NCBI RefSeq assembly: GCF_001194135.2
Contig: NC_069001.1
Coordinates: 24,676,314 to 24,716,091, forward strand
Direction: 5' to 3'
DNA: 39,778 nt
Source: Octopus bimaculoides
Taxonomy: Eukaryota
Part shown: positions 23,412 to 36,159 of the stretch, one piece after another
Layout: every line of letters starts with the position of its first letter
Position numbering within the stretch: the first letter of the stretch is position 1
The notes under the pieces: generated by a model
Database searches by the model: none
Seen by the model: only the letters and a program-made list of their open reading frames with translations
Told to the model about the DNA's origin: nothing
Made by a program: the position numbers and the translations under genes

Positions 23412-24560
23412 AACATTTCCAATACTTTATCTTCCGTTAGGTGTTTTTTAAATCAGAGTTTTCATTCTGGGGCTTTGTAGGAATATAGGTAAGTTCGATT
23501 TTATGGCGTGAAAAATGTTGGTTATTTCACGACTGTGTGTGTGTTAATGAACGGAATTGTGTTTTCATTAACTTTTTCCTTAGGTGTCCGTAGTTAGGTG
23601 ATGTTCAGTTTCATCGCCTTTTTAATTCCCTCATTAATTAATCCTAAGGGGTATTTCTGCATTGTGAGGAAGCCTTTCAGTTCGTTGAGTCGGATTTCAC
23701 GTATTTTGTGGTGAGTCACTATAGCACAGCTGCGTCTTGCCATGCTGTATGGGATGTTTCTTTTGATGTGCGATGGATGGCAAGAGTAGAGATTTAAATA
23801 TTGGTGTACGTCAGTTTTTTTTTTGTAAAATATGTCTGTTGTGACTGTCGAGTTCTGTATTTTTATGTGGACATGCAGGAATGGTAGTTCATTGCAACTG
23901 GATTCTGTCGTGAATTTGATGGATGGGTGAAGCGTGTTCAGTATATTGTTAAATATATTCAGATCTTCATTTGATTTGTCCTGGAAGAATATGCAATCAT
24001 CAAGGGAGCGTTTCCACTTTTTAATGATATATTTCTTGTATTCTTGATCAAAAGCTTTTCTACTTCCTCATAAAGTTTTTCTTCCAAGTATCCCATAAAT
24101 AAGTTTGCATATGAGGGCTCAAACCGCGTACACGTAGTCGTATCCTTTAACTGTCGATATGTTTTATTGTTGAATCTAAAGATATTTTCCTCTAGTACTA
24201 GGCGTGTGACCTTGGTGATGAAGTCAGGCTTGAAGCGGTCATTTATCCGTTCTCTATGTTTTTCTAGCCAGCCATTGATGGCTTCTAGGCCTAAAGTGTG
24301 AGGCATATTAGTATAGAGATTGGTGATATCAAAACTTGTGAGTATAATACCTTCTGCGACAGTGGGAGGGATGTGTTGGATGACATCTATGCCATCCCGT
24401 ACATAACTGGGTATTAAAGGACACAAGGGTTTCAGGAGTATATCTAAAAGATGATTTAGCTGTTGTGTTGGCGCTTGAGGGCCATCGACATTTGCGCCAA
24501 TAACAAAAATCCAAGCTTCAGAATTTTTCTCGTCTACCAATTCAAGGATGATACAGCCTG
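23412..24560 (-). mobile_element. Penelope-like element RT and thumb fragment, pseudogenised
   Basis: ORF 23959-24540: GPQAPTQQLNHLLDILLKP..SYVRD..SFDITNLYTNMPH.LGLEAI..NIFRFNNKTYRQ..TRFEPSYANLFMGYLEE. After a frameshift: WKRSLDDC (24010-23993; Y->S), LHPSIKFT..LPFLHV, HQYLNLYSCHPSHIKRNIPYSMARR..QKYP. Confidence 0.93.
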
Positions 24561-27500
24561 TATGAATATATATATATATATATATATANNNNNNNNNNNN
24601 NNNNNNNNNNNNNNNNNNNNNNNNNNNNNNNNNNNNNNNNNNNNNNNNNNNNNNNATATATGTGTGTGTGTGTGTGTGTGTCTGTGTGTGTGTGTGTGTA
24701 CGTGTGTTTGTGTGTAGTAGTAGTAGTAGTAGTAGTAGTAGTAATAGTAGAAAAATAGAGACAGACAGACAATTAACGCTAGTTCAAAATTTGATTAAAT
24801 AAAGCATATGAGAAAGTTTATCAAAATTACTTGAAAAAAATCATGTAAATTCTTACTGACGTGGAAAAAGAATGGTGAATGAAAGAAAATAGTTTCTGAA
24901 AAGCATCTGAAGCCAGTCTGATATTAGAAATAAACTAATGGAAACATAAATTACTATAGAACCTAAGTACATTTTACAATTTTAGTGTAATAGTGGGAGA
25001 CACAACAAAACATCTAAACATATATAACGATAGGTAACCAGTTAATTACATACACTATCGATCAGATAGTAAAATATATATAAATTAAAAATAAAGCCTT
25101 TATGAGACAAGATAAAACATGATATATGACTTTCGTATACAAGAATACAGCAACACCAAATAAAGACTACGACCATTCGACCTGATTATATCAACCTGTA
25201 GCTCTGCTTAGTAATTTATCTTAATATATTGGAGACTATAATTAGCTTGCCGAAACAAAGTAACTTCCACCAAAATCTCATTTGGGATTGCGAGTGAATA
25301 AAAACATTGATAATTGTTTTCATGAAATAACCCCATTTATCAGAAATTCAAGCTAAGGAAAATATCAACTAGTCCGATCTAATTAGATATAAATGAAGTT
25401 TAAGATAGCATAGTTCATGATATTTTAATTAAAAAAATTACACAATTATAAATATCCCAACCACTATTTTCACTGTATTTCTAACATTTTCACTCATCAC
25501 AGTACAAGACTGATTCCAGCGAATGGAACCATCTTAGGTGGAAATTCTTCTACAGCTTATAGATTCATGAGTAATATTGTCTAAGACTATTACAATGGTG
25601 CTATTGGTATTCTTCTCAGGCTTGCAGAAAAGTTAGAAATATCTCATTTCAATATTCATTAATTTTTCAAATCTTTCATGATTTAACATACGGCAAATTG
25701 CCTGTTGCTCACTCTCACGAGCATGTAAACAGAGGACAAATATACAAACTTTAACAATACATTTATACAAATCATATATTCCTAGCATTATACCTAATCG
25801 TTTTCTGAAACATTAAATATTTTAAATGATAAATATTACATTATAAGTGTTCAGTATTTAACATTTCTATAAAACACTTTTCATACTTTAATTCTTAATA
25901 AATCTATCAATCGTATCGAAAAGCATTAACATGAAACTTTGTGTAATGCACAGTGTAATTTTTTTTTTTATTATATTTATCAATTTTATATTTTGAATTC
26001 AATGTATTTTCCTTCCGTTGGCAATGTATATATACAGAGTGAGAGAGAGAGAGAAACGAGAGAGAGACATTTATATGTATTTATATCCTATTGTGAAAGA
26101 TGAATATGTGTGTATGTATGTATATATNNNNNNNNNNNNNNNNNNNNNNNNNNNNNNNNNNNNNNNNNNNNNNNNNNNNNNNNNNNNNNNNNNNNNNNNN
26201 NNNNNNNNNNNNNNNNNNNNNNNNNNNNNNNNNNNNNNNNNNNNNNNNNNNNNNNNNNNNNNNNNNNNNNNNNNNNNNNNNNNNNNNNNNNNNNNNNNNN
26301 NNNNNNNNNNNNNNNNNNNNNNNNNNNNNNNNNNNNNNNNNNNNNNNNNNNNNNNNNNNNNNNNNNNNNNNNNNNNNNNNNNNNNNNNNNNNNNNNNNNN
26401 NNNNNNNNNNNNNNNNNNNNNNNNNNNNNNNNNNNNNNNNNNNNNNNNNNNNNNNNNNNNNNNNNNNNNNNNNNNNNNNNNNNNNNNNNNNNNNNNNNNN
26501 NNNNNNNNNNNNNNNNNNNNNNNNNNNNNNNNNNNNNNNNNNNNNNNNNNNNNNNNNNNNNNNNNNNNNNNNNNNNNNNNNNNNNNNNNNNNNNNNNNNN
26601 NNNNNNNNNNNNNNNNNNNNNNNNNNNNNNNNNNNNNNNNNNNNNNNNNNNNNNNNNNNNNNNNNNNNNNNNNNNNNNNNNNNNNNNNNNNNNNNNNNNN
26701 NNNNNNNNNNNNNNNNNNNNNNNNNNNNNNNNNNNNNNNNNNNNNNNNNNNNNNNNNNNNNNNNNNNNNNNNNNNNNNNNNNNNNNNNNNNNNNNNNNNN
26801 NNNNNNNNNNNNNNNNNNNNNNNNNNNNNNNNNNNNNNNNNNNNNNNNNNNNNNNNNNNNNNNNNNNNNNNNNNNNNNNNNNNNNNNNNNNNNNNNNNNN
26901 NNNNNNNNNNNNNNNNNNNNNNNNNNNNNNNNNNNNNNNNNNNNNNNNNNNNNNNNNNNNNNNNNNNNNNNNNNNNNNNNNNNNNNNNNNNNNNNNNNNN
27001 NNNNNNNNNNNNNNNNNNNNNNNNNNNNNNNNNNNNNNNNNNNNNNNNNNNNNNNNNNNNNNNNNNNNNNNNNNNNNNNNNNNNNNNNNNNNNNNNNNNN
27101 NNNNCATGTATATGTATTTATACGTATGTGTATATACATACGTATATTTGTATATCTATATGTGCTTACTAACATTGATACATATTATACATCAGCGCAT
27201 GTGCATTCGTGTGTCTTTTTTTTTTATATATTCTTCTGAAATCAATTCATATTGTTAATCTAGTGAATTTAATGTAGGTTTTCACACAGCTCATCATGCA
27301 AAACTTTAGTAACATTCTGCACAAAACGATGGCAGACCTTAGATTTGCGTTCTTCCGCATAACATAGTTGCTTTCTCTATTATTTTAATACTTTAATTAA
27401 TTTTCTTCTGAAACCCAGCTTATTTTGCTGCTGTTTATTTCAAGATGCATGTAAAAATTTTCATATTTTTATATAATGTAAATTTTTGCTTCCTAATCCA

Positions 27501-27639
27501 TTTCTCTTTTACGTCGCACACCATCTGAAGCTACCTGTTTTGATTTTCTAAACACAGCTTCTTTTGACTCACATACAAGTCCACAATATATCTATATATT
27601 AATTTACTTAAACGCATTTTATGCTTTGTTTCGTAGCTT

Positions 27640-28033
27640 TGTGTGGAGGCGCAATGGCCCAGTGGTTAGGGCAGCGGACTCGCGGTCATAGGATCGCGGT
27701 TTCGATTCCCAGACCGGGCGTTGTGAGTGTTTATTGAGCAAAAACACCAAAAGCTCCATGAGGCTGCGGCAGTGGGTGGTAGTGGTGAACCCTGCTGTAC
27801 TCTTTCACCACAACTTTCTCTCACTGTTTCTTCCTGTTTCTGTTGTGCCTATATTTCAAGGGGCCAGCCTTGTCACACTGTGTCACGCTGAATATCCCCG
27901 AGAACTATGTTAACGGTACACGTGTCTGTGGGGTTCTCAGCCACTTGCTCGTTAACTTCACGAGCAGGCTGTTCCGTTGAGCGGATCAACTGGAACCCTC
28001 GACGTCGTAAGCGACTGAGTGCCAACAACAATA
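27640..28033 (+). mobile_element. Full-length tRNA-derived SINE with 8-bp TSD
   Basis: A-box TGGCCCAGTGG (27655-27665), B-box-like GTTTCGATTCC (27699-27709), (CAA)n tail. CGTAGCTT is duplicated at 27632-27639 and 28034-28041. Confidence 0.93.
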
Positions 28034-28490
28034 CGTAGCTTGGTATGAGCTTTATTTCTTTCTATATTCGTCTGACTGCAGCCGGATTTCCTTAGGTCGC
28101 TTCACAAATATATTTTTTCACATATAAACTTTTTAACAATCGTAATTTTACGGGAGGAAGAAAGAAATGACATTTTTATTTGGAAAACCATTTGACTCAT
28201 CATGGTATAACATACCAAGGTGATTAAAAATATAATGCATTTTTTCTGGCTCACCCTTGTACATCTATTTCATATCCATCAATCCCTGTTTCATGTTCTT
28301 TCTTTCAATTTGCCATATTTGTAATCGCAAATATAATATGGTATGATTCGTTGCGTCCCTTCTTAGTATCTTATTACTATGGCACCAAGATTTTCGCTCT
28401 AATAAAAACGACTGTTCATTCGAATTATACATATATACATACATACATACGCACACATAATAAATATGTGAATATATATGTATATATATG

Positions 28491-28533
<43 letters not shown>

Positions 28534-29229
28534 GTATTCAGTATAATCTGGATTGTAACCTCATAACGTGCATCTTGGAGAGACAGACATACAGAAAGAC
28601 ATGCAGACAGACAGATAGATAGATGCATATAATTATATATGCACAAATACATACATCAATACATATACAATGGTTGCTCCATCTTCGCAGCTCGTTATCA
28701 ATAACACTTCTGACATTCCGTCTATGACCTCTTAGATGACTGTTCGGTCTCGGCGTTTTGTAACTGTGCGCTTCCAACTGGTTAGTTCTGCACAGGTCAC
28801 CCGCGTTCTATCGCTCTAGAACTTTTAGTAGATGAAATGACAAATGAGGTCACAATATGGAAGAATTTGCATGTCAGTGGGTTATACTTGTAAACTCTTG
28901 TATTCTGACACTCTGTGACTAGTATCTGGTAACAAATGGAAGGAAGATGACCATTAATCCTGTGTCCCTCTGCTAGTTGTGTAGGTTAACAAGAGCGAGG
29001 GTGGAGGAGACCCGAAGCCACGATGTCTTTTTGTTCATTTGCTAGATGTTAGTTAACACGTAACTGGGACACTGGTAGATGCCATAACTGTAGGTCATAG
29101 TACATATTGTGAACAGCAAAGATTGTGAACAGCAAAGACCAAAGCCCTGAAACCTCTGAACCAGGACCCCAGTACTTTATGCAGTTTAAAGTCGGACTCC
29201 GGACATATACATTCATATATATATATACT

Positions 29230-29790
29230 AGTGAGACTGATTCCATGAGTATCAATGTTAATGATTTTCCTAATAGCCAGTCTGGTAGCGATAGTTTGAA
29301 TTCAATAATAGCTTTTCACTTAATGATTATTCAATTGTTGAAGGTACAAGTAGGGGTGAGAATTCTTTTGTGATTGTAGAAAAAAAAGAAAATTGTTTAT
29401 TTCGTAATTTTGTAAGCGTAGGGAAGGCGTCTTTCAAGCGAAAGTTATTTCTGAAGGTAATGATTACTTCTATATTGGCTCTTCTGCTAATTATATTAAG
29501 AACAAGGTTTCGAATCATTACCAATCCATTAGGAACTGATATATGGCTTCTTCTATTCGTCTTAGTAATTTCATCTGGAATCTTGAAGATAATAATAAAT
29601 CGTACTTTATTGAATGGAGCATTTTAGTAACCGCTCCAGTTTATAAGATTGGTAATAGGTTCTGCTCTCATTGTTCTGAGGAATTATTTTTGATTATATT
29701 TTCTAGAAAAAGGCTGCTAAACTCTAAATCTGAAAGTAAATTGTTTCAGCTTATCGAACTTCGATATGGGTAACATTTACTGACTTCTAC
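29230..29790 (+). mobile_element. PLE Cys-linker and GIY-YIG endonuclease fragment
   Basis: SLNSIIAFH; CDCRKK/ENC..../CKRREG; VFQAKVISEGNDYFYIGSSANYIKNKVSNHYQSI; RLSNFIWNLEDNN..IEWSIL..APVYKIGNRFCSHCSEE..LLNSKSE. Frameshifts and one stop. Confidence 0.88.
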
Positions 29791-29906
29791 ATCAATAAAC
29801 TATCATTGTACCATGAAAGTTTTCTTTTTACCTTCAACGCACAACTCGAAGCTCACTAACTTCCTACACCTGGACCCTTGGGTCTTACCTTTAAATATTA
29901 TTAGGT

Positions 29907-29971
<65 letters not shown>

Positions 29972-30149
29972 TACACACATATTTACATTATATATATGTA
30001 TGTATGTATAAGCACACGTAAACACACACACTCACATATATATGGAGAGAGATTTGTTCTGTAAGGCCGAAGCAATGAGGCACGTTACAAACTAAACTAC
30101 AAAAGTAAAAGCAAAAGAAAAACAAAACAACGTTGCAGCTTTATCTTTT

Positions 30150-30189
30150 ATTTCTATATTTCAGGATTATGAACCTTTCGTCAGGACAT
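30150..30189 (-). ncRNA. Minimal type I hammerhead ribozyme motif with intact catalytic core
   Basis: Revcomp AUGUC CUGACGA A AGGUU CAUA AUCCU GAAA UAU A GAAAU. Core C3-A9, G12-A15.1 and U16.1 are conserved; H17=A. Stem I 4/5 bp, stem II 4/5 bp, palindromic AUAU stem III. AATAAA follows immediately. Confidence 0.7.
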
Positions 30190-30283
30190 TTGGAAAAAGC
30201 GATGTGTAGAAAAGCCGTTGCTCAAATCTGCATAGGAAGAAGTATCTATATATGTATATGTATGTAGCTCTCTCTCTCTCTAT

Positions 30284-30333
<50 letters not shown>

Positions 30334-30336
<3 letters not shown>

Positions 30337-30381
30337 GAGGAGCAATGGCCCAGTGGTTAGGGAAGCGGACTCGCGGTCATA
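30334..30381 (+). mobile_element. SINE head (same family as 27640-28033), truncated by the N gap
   Basis: gtggagg.gcaatggcccagtggttaggg.agcggactcgcggtcata, two differences from 27643-27690. Confidence 0.88.
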
Positions 30382-30840
30382 NNNNNNNNNNNNNNNNNNN
30401 NNNNNNNNNNNNNNNNNNNNNNNNNNNNNNNNNNNNNNNNNNNNNNNNNNNNNNNNNNNNNNNNNNNNNNNNNNNNNNNNNNNNNNNNNNNNNNNNNNNN
30501 NNNNNNNNNNNNNNNNNNNNNNNNNNNNNNNNNNNNNNNNNNNNNNNNNNNNNNNNNNNNNNNNNNNNNNNNNNNNNNNNNNNNNNNNNNNNNNNNNNNN
30601 NNNNNNNNNNNNNNNNNNNNNNNNNNNNNNNNNNNNNNNNNNNNNNNNNNNNNNNNNNNNNNNNNNNNNNNNNNNNNNNNNNNNNNNNNNNNNNNNNNNN
30701 NNNNNNNNNNNNNNNNNNNNNNNNNNNNNNNNNNNNNNNNNNNNNNNNNNNNNNNNNNNNNNNNNNNNNNNNNNNNNNNNNNNNNNNNNNNNNNNNNNNN
30801 NNNNNNNNNNNNNNNNNNNNNNNNNNNNNNNNNNNNNNNN

Positions 30841-30885
<45 letters not shown>

Positions 30886-31469
30886 GCAGAATCGCATGAA
30901 ACTGCAGCAAAATTTTACTCAATGCATTTAACGGATGCGACTATACAAATCAACATTTATGTCTACACACATACACACACAGACACGCACACAGATACTA
31001 AATTATTTCATATACATCGGCATGTGTACACCACATCCATATTCATTCTCGTAAATATAATAACTCAATACACGTATACGCACATACGTTGGTTATATTT
31101 TGTTCAGTTTTTCTGTTCTTCTGCCACAAACCCTTCTGCTTTGTGATTCAACTTCATTTTACATTATTATCTTTTATGATCTTTCAATGAAATATACCAT
31201 TTGAAAAATACTTCATTACGACTAGTTCCCTGCCAACATTAGTTTTTTTAATGTATTTATATATTCTGCTTATTGTGCGGTAGAATATTTCATATTTTTC
31301 TCCATTTCTTAGTAGTTTTTACATGTTTGATGTCTTATTGTTTCCAGTGTTGTTTTAGTTGCTGTTGTTTCGATTTAGTTATCTATCTATTTATTTATTT
31401 ATTTCATTTTTTTTACCATCAGCGCGTTTACTAACACAGCAAACATATTGTAAGTCGTAAGCTCTGACT

Positions 31470-31707
31470 ATATGTATGTATGTATTTATGTATGAATGTA
31501 CGTACGTACATATGTATATAAGTATTCCTGCATGGACGCAGGTATGTATGTATATGCGTATGTTTGTATAAACGCAGTAGCCAAAAAGCATATACACATG
31601 CACACATATGTATAGGTATTTTCCAATTATAAAAAACATTCTTGAACTCCTTCCTTGGCGAATCACATCAGTCAGTGTCACATTAGAAAATCAAATGTAA
31701 ACACACA

Positions 31708-31754
<47 letters not shown>

Positions 31755-31998
31755 ACACACACTCATGCACATTTATGTACGCGCTATTTATGCATATCTG
31801 TATGTATGCATTTATGTACATATACACATGTAATGCATGCATGCATTATGATGCATTACAAATATATATACGTGTATGTGTTTGGGCGTGTGTGTATGTT
31901 TTTGCGCACGTGTGTGTGTATATATATATAAATATACGTATATATATACATACATGCTTATATATATATGTAAATATATACAGGCATATTGATACACA
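31470..31998. repeat. Degenerate (TA)/(TG)/(CA) low-complexity tract
   Basis: Seen directly; a further (CA)n lies at 32625-32680 after the gap. Confidence 0.9.
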
Positions 31999-32624
31999 NN
32001 NNNNNNNNNNNNNNNNNNNNNNNNNNNNNNNNNNNNNNNNNNNNNNNNNNNNNNNNNNNNNNNNNNNNNNNNNNNNNNNNNNNNNNNNNNNNNNNNNNNN
32101 NNNNNNNNNNNNNNNNNNNNNNNNNNNNNNNNNNNNNNNNNNNNNNNNNNNNNNNNNNNNNNNNNNNNNNNNNNNNNNNNNNNNNNNNNNNNNNNNNNNN
32201 NNNNNNNNNNNNNNNNNNNNNNNNNNNNNNNNNNNNNNNNNNNNNNNNNNNNNNNNNNNNNNNNNNNNNNNNNNNNNNNNNNNNNNNNNNNNNNNNNNNN
32301 NNNNNNNNNNNNNNNNNNNNNNNNNNNNNNNNNNNNNNNNNNNNNNNNNNNNNNNNNNNNNNNNNNNNNNNNNNNNNNNNNNNNNNNNNNNNNNNNNNNN
32401 NNNNNNNNNNNNNNNNNNNNNNNNNNNNNNNNNNNNNNNNNNNNNNNNNNNNNNNNNNNNNNNNNNNNNNNNNNNNNNNNNNNNNNNNNNNNNNNNNNNN
32501 NNNNNNNNNNNNNNNNNNNNNNNNNNNNNNNNNNNNNNNNNNNNNNNNNNNNNNNNNNNNNNNNNNNNNNNNNNNNNNNNNNNNNNNNNNNNNNNNNNNN
32601 NNNNNNNNNNNNNNNNNNNNNNNN

Positions 32625-32685
<61 letters not shown>

Positions 32686-32860
32686 TACGCATTCATGCAC
32701 ATACACTCACCCATATATACACACACGAGCACACTCAAGAAATGCACTTCATTTGTATCATCCATTTCTTTATGAAATTATTCTTTTTTTCACCTAATAT
32801 TTGAAATAAAGTATATTTCTATCTGAGATCTACATAAACCTATTCTTCTAACCAAATTGC

Positions 32861-32861
32861 C

Positions 32862-32939
<78 letters not shown>
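32861..32939. repeat. (CTAT)n microsatellite
   Basis: About 19 units. Confidence 0.97.
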
Positions 32940-33150
32940 CTTCCCTACCCACATTTTCCTGTCTCCAAAGGCAGCACACATTCTCAAAGAGATTATACAT
33001 GGCTGTGTGTGTATATACGTATATTTATACCTTTGTATGTATGCATTATATAACTGCATGTATGTATATATGTATATGTGTGGGTATGTGTGTGTAAGTC
33101 TATGTGTCTAAGTGCATATGATATTTATAAATATAAATAAATTGCATTTA

Positions 33151-33203
<53 letters not shown>

Positions 33204-33849
33204 TAATGTATTCTTTACAACAAACATACAAACGCACGAGAGCATTCATACCTAAACACTACTCAACATGAAATTAAATTACTATTATACAAGTTTATCA
33301 AAATTTTATTGATGCTACAGAAAACAATCCCTCTGCAATTCCGCTAAAAAATACACAATAATAACATCAGTTACTAATATGAATATAAAATAAGTTACAA
33401 TGTGAATGTATCATTTTCTACAAAAAGACAGCTGTCAATGAGACTTTTAGAAGCTCATTAAAACAGCTCTTATTTTTCTATGTTCCGAATGCACGTGTGA
33501 GCAAATAATAATAGCAATAAAACGAAGGATAGATATTTAATATATTCCTTAAGTAAAACAAGAGTAATATATTCAGTCGGGTGGTGGGTGGTGCATTGCT
33601 TCGAACCTTGATAGCATGGTGTGGTTTTTGATTTTGTTTTTGAAGGATTGTGTCTTCGGGGAAGAAAACTGAAAGGGGGGTTATGTGTTGCTGTAGATTA
33701 TTTTGCTGGATGAAAGAACGTATTGTATTTGCTAAGTTACTAATAAAATATTTAATTTAAAGTGATAACTAATAAGACAGAAATATTAGTGCACTCGATC
33801 CGATCGACAGAAACAGTCAGATATCTAAACAGAGAAGTAGATACACGCT

Positions 33850-33903
<54 letters not shown>

Positions 33904-33906
<3 letters not shown>

Positions 33907-34182
33907 TTATATTTTTATTGATAAACAAATACAGTGTAACATTGTAATAACTATATAATCGAAATAAACAGCAGAAATTAAACGAAACGTAACAACAATC
34001 TTTTAAGGACCAACAATCCAACACGCTAACTCGAACTGTAAACGTTGCATTCCAAATTTGAACTATCACAACACGAGCTGTGGAACTAGGACGAACTACC
34101 TCCCTTACTCAGAGCATTATTATTAATATGCTGTGGTCCAGTCCATTCTCACCAGAAGGCGTCGTACTCTCGCAGAATATCA
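33904..34182 (-). mobile_element. Probable 3' LTR of the Gypsy remnant (~280 bp)
   Basis: On the minus strand, a purine-rich aaaaatggg (34191-34183) precedes TGATATT (from 34182). An AATAAA lies near the other end, and ...aatataacga abuts (TA)n. Confidence 0.55.
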
Positions 34183-35650
34183 CCCATTTTTAGATTGTTG
34201 TGTTCCAAAGGAATAAAGAAAATTTTTTTTTATATATTTTACTTTTTTATTAGTATCTCTTACGCTTGAACATTATTTGAAGGTGTTTCGTTTTCTTATG
34301 CTGGTTCTACGGGATTATTTTGGTGCTGCTACATCGAATATTTCACAGAATACTTCCATGGGAATTTCTTCCTGATTTTGGTTATGCCTCTTCTTTACTT
34401 GGATGAGATGCCTATTATATTCACCATTTGACCTTTTAAATAGATACATCATACCTCCAATTTTTATGTGTTCAAGGCCATCTCCCAGACCCCTTTCTGT
34501 ATGTTATGAAATACACTTTATCACCAATCCTGACATATTTCGTTGGCTCTTTCGTATTTCTTTTACACTTTTATTGTCTCTGGTAATAGCATATCAATAA
34601 TGGATTTTATTCTTCTTGCTAATATCAATTCACCAGGAAACTTCCTTGAATTTTTACTTGTATTGGGGGTCACTCTGTATATTCTTAAGAAATTTGTCAG
34701 TACTTCGTCGTTACTTAATTCCTCGCTTTTGTTAGCGCCCTCTTGTAGATGTACACAAATCTTTCTACCAGCCCGGTTGACCTCGAGTAGTAGGGTGGAG
34801 CGAAATATCCTTTATCGCATGTCTGTTGCAGAAGTTGTTGAATTCATACCCAGAGACCTGCGTTCCACTGTATGAAACTAACGTGTCAGGAACATTGTAT
34901 CAGGCATTCGTATAAAAACTTTATAGTTGTCTTAAAGTTTAGTCTAGAGTACCTGCAAACCACCGGCCACTTAGTACAGCTAGCTACTACGATTAGGTAC
35001 TAAGCGCCGTTTATCAGTCCGACATAGTCAATGTGTTACCTAGACCATGGGTTCTCCTTCTCTGGCCTCGATTGATATTTTACCGGCGGCACTTTGGCAG
35101 CGCGCGTGCAACCTCAGCACCTTCTCACCAGTTTTCGATATCTCGGCCCTTACATGACCAACAGACATAACTCATCATCAGAGTCTTCATATTTGTCATT
35201 CCTGGATGTCCGCTGTGAAATTGTTGCTTTACACCTTTTTGAATTGATTATTTTCTTATTTCAATCAGCAATACCTTTAATGTGATTAAGCATCTTTACC
35301 TCAAAACAAATTGTTGTCTTCTTATTGAGTCGTATGAGCAGCAGCCTAGCGTCGTTTTGATATTTATCATTTGACAAATCATTCAACGAACTCGAACTCC
35401 ATTTTTCTCGGCGGCCTGTCCTTGTTTCCTAATATTTCCAGCATCTCGGTAAAGTGAACTGAAAATACATAAACTCGGTCCTCAGATGACTGGATGGCCC
35501 TTTCGGTCAATGATCAGTGGAGCACTATGTAATTCCAATGGAAGAATTTTCAGAAGAATACAATTATTGAAGCGTTGTAAAATCTAAATTCATGACGTTT
35601 GCAAACCTTTCCACAGATTTTTAGTGAGCGCCATACTACATAAAATTAGA
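34183..35650 (-). mobile_element. Ty3/Gypsy LTR retrotransposon pol remnant (RNase H tail, integrase, C-terminus), K02A2.6/Mag-like
   Basis: FHSGHPGMTNMKTLMMSYVCW (35217-), C..C, PWSR*HIDYVG (35035-35018), YLIVVASCTKWP, VPDTLVSYSGTQ, GLVERFV (34774-34754), FLRIYRVTPN..PGELILARRIKS..D.LLP, GDKVYF, RHLIQVKKR. Several stops and frameshifts. Confidence 0.92.
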
Positions 35651-36159
35651 GACTTTAATTGTACCATCAGTGTCTGAAATTCTTACTATTGTCTTTAAAG
35701 TAGACACAGGTATATTAAGACTGGCTCCTTTCAGTAATAAGACTGGTTAACATTTCCTTTTTTCTCTTTTTCTTGTCTGTGGTCAGTAAATTATTTCCCA
35801 TGTGTTTATATCTGGAAACCAAAGGAAATGATTACTATTCTCTCCAAACTTTGCCTTTGTGACCTGAACTTAAACATTTTGAAACTGACCTACTTTCCAT
35901 TACATTTCAGACGGATTCAGCTCTGAGTTGCTGAAGCAGAAATATCGTTATAGTAAATATTCTTTTCAATACCACAGACTTACTTGTCAGTTTACTACTT
36001 GAGCATGCCCCTTAGTGGCTGACAATATATGCATCTCTGATCATGAGCAGATGTACTGGGAGAGCATTATAGCCGTGTGTTGAGAAGGATCCTTTGGTAT
36101 TCGAATAAATGTAACAAAAGCGAAGTTTGAAGGAATTATTAGCCATTTTTCATACTTTC

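Noticed and set aside
27643-27715. tRNA gene (also the heads at 5157, 23410, 30334 and 38610)
   Set aside because: A/B boxes are present, but they continue into SINE bodies with tails and a TSD, and no complete acceptor stem is evident.
33425-33472. Imperfect hairpin with ACAGCTGT, resembling a pLTR hammerhead
   Set aside because: Neither CUGANGA nor GAAA is present on either strand.
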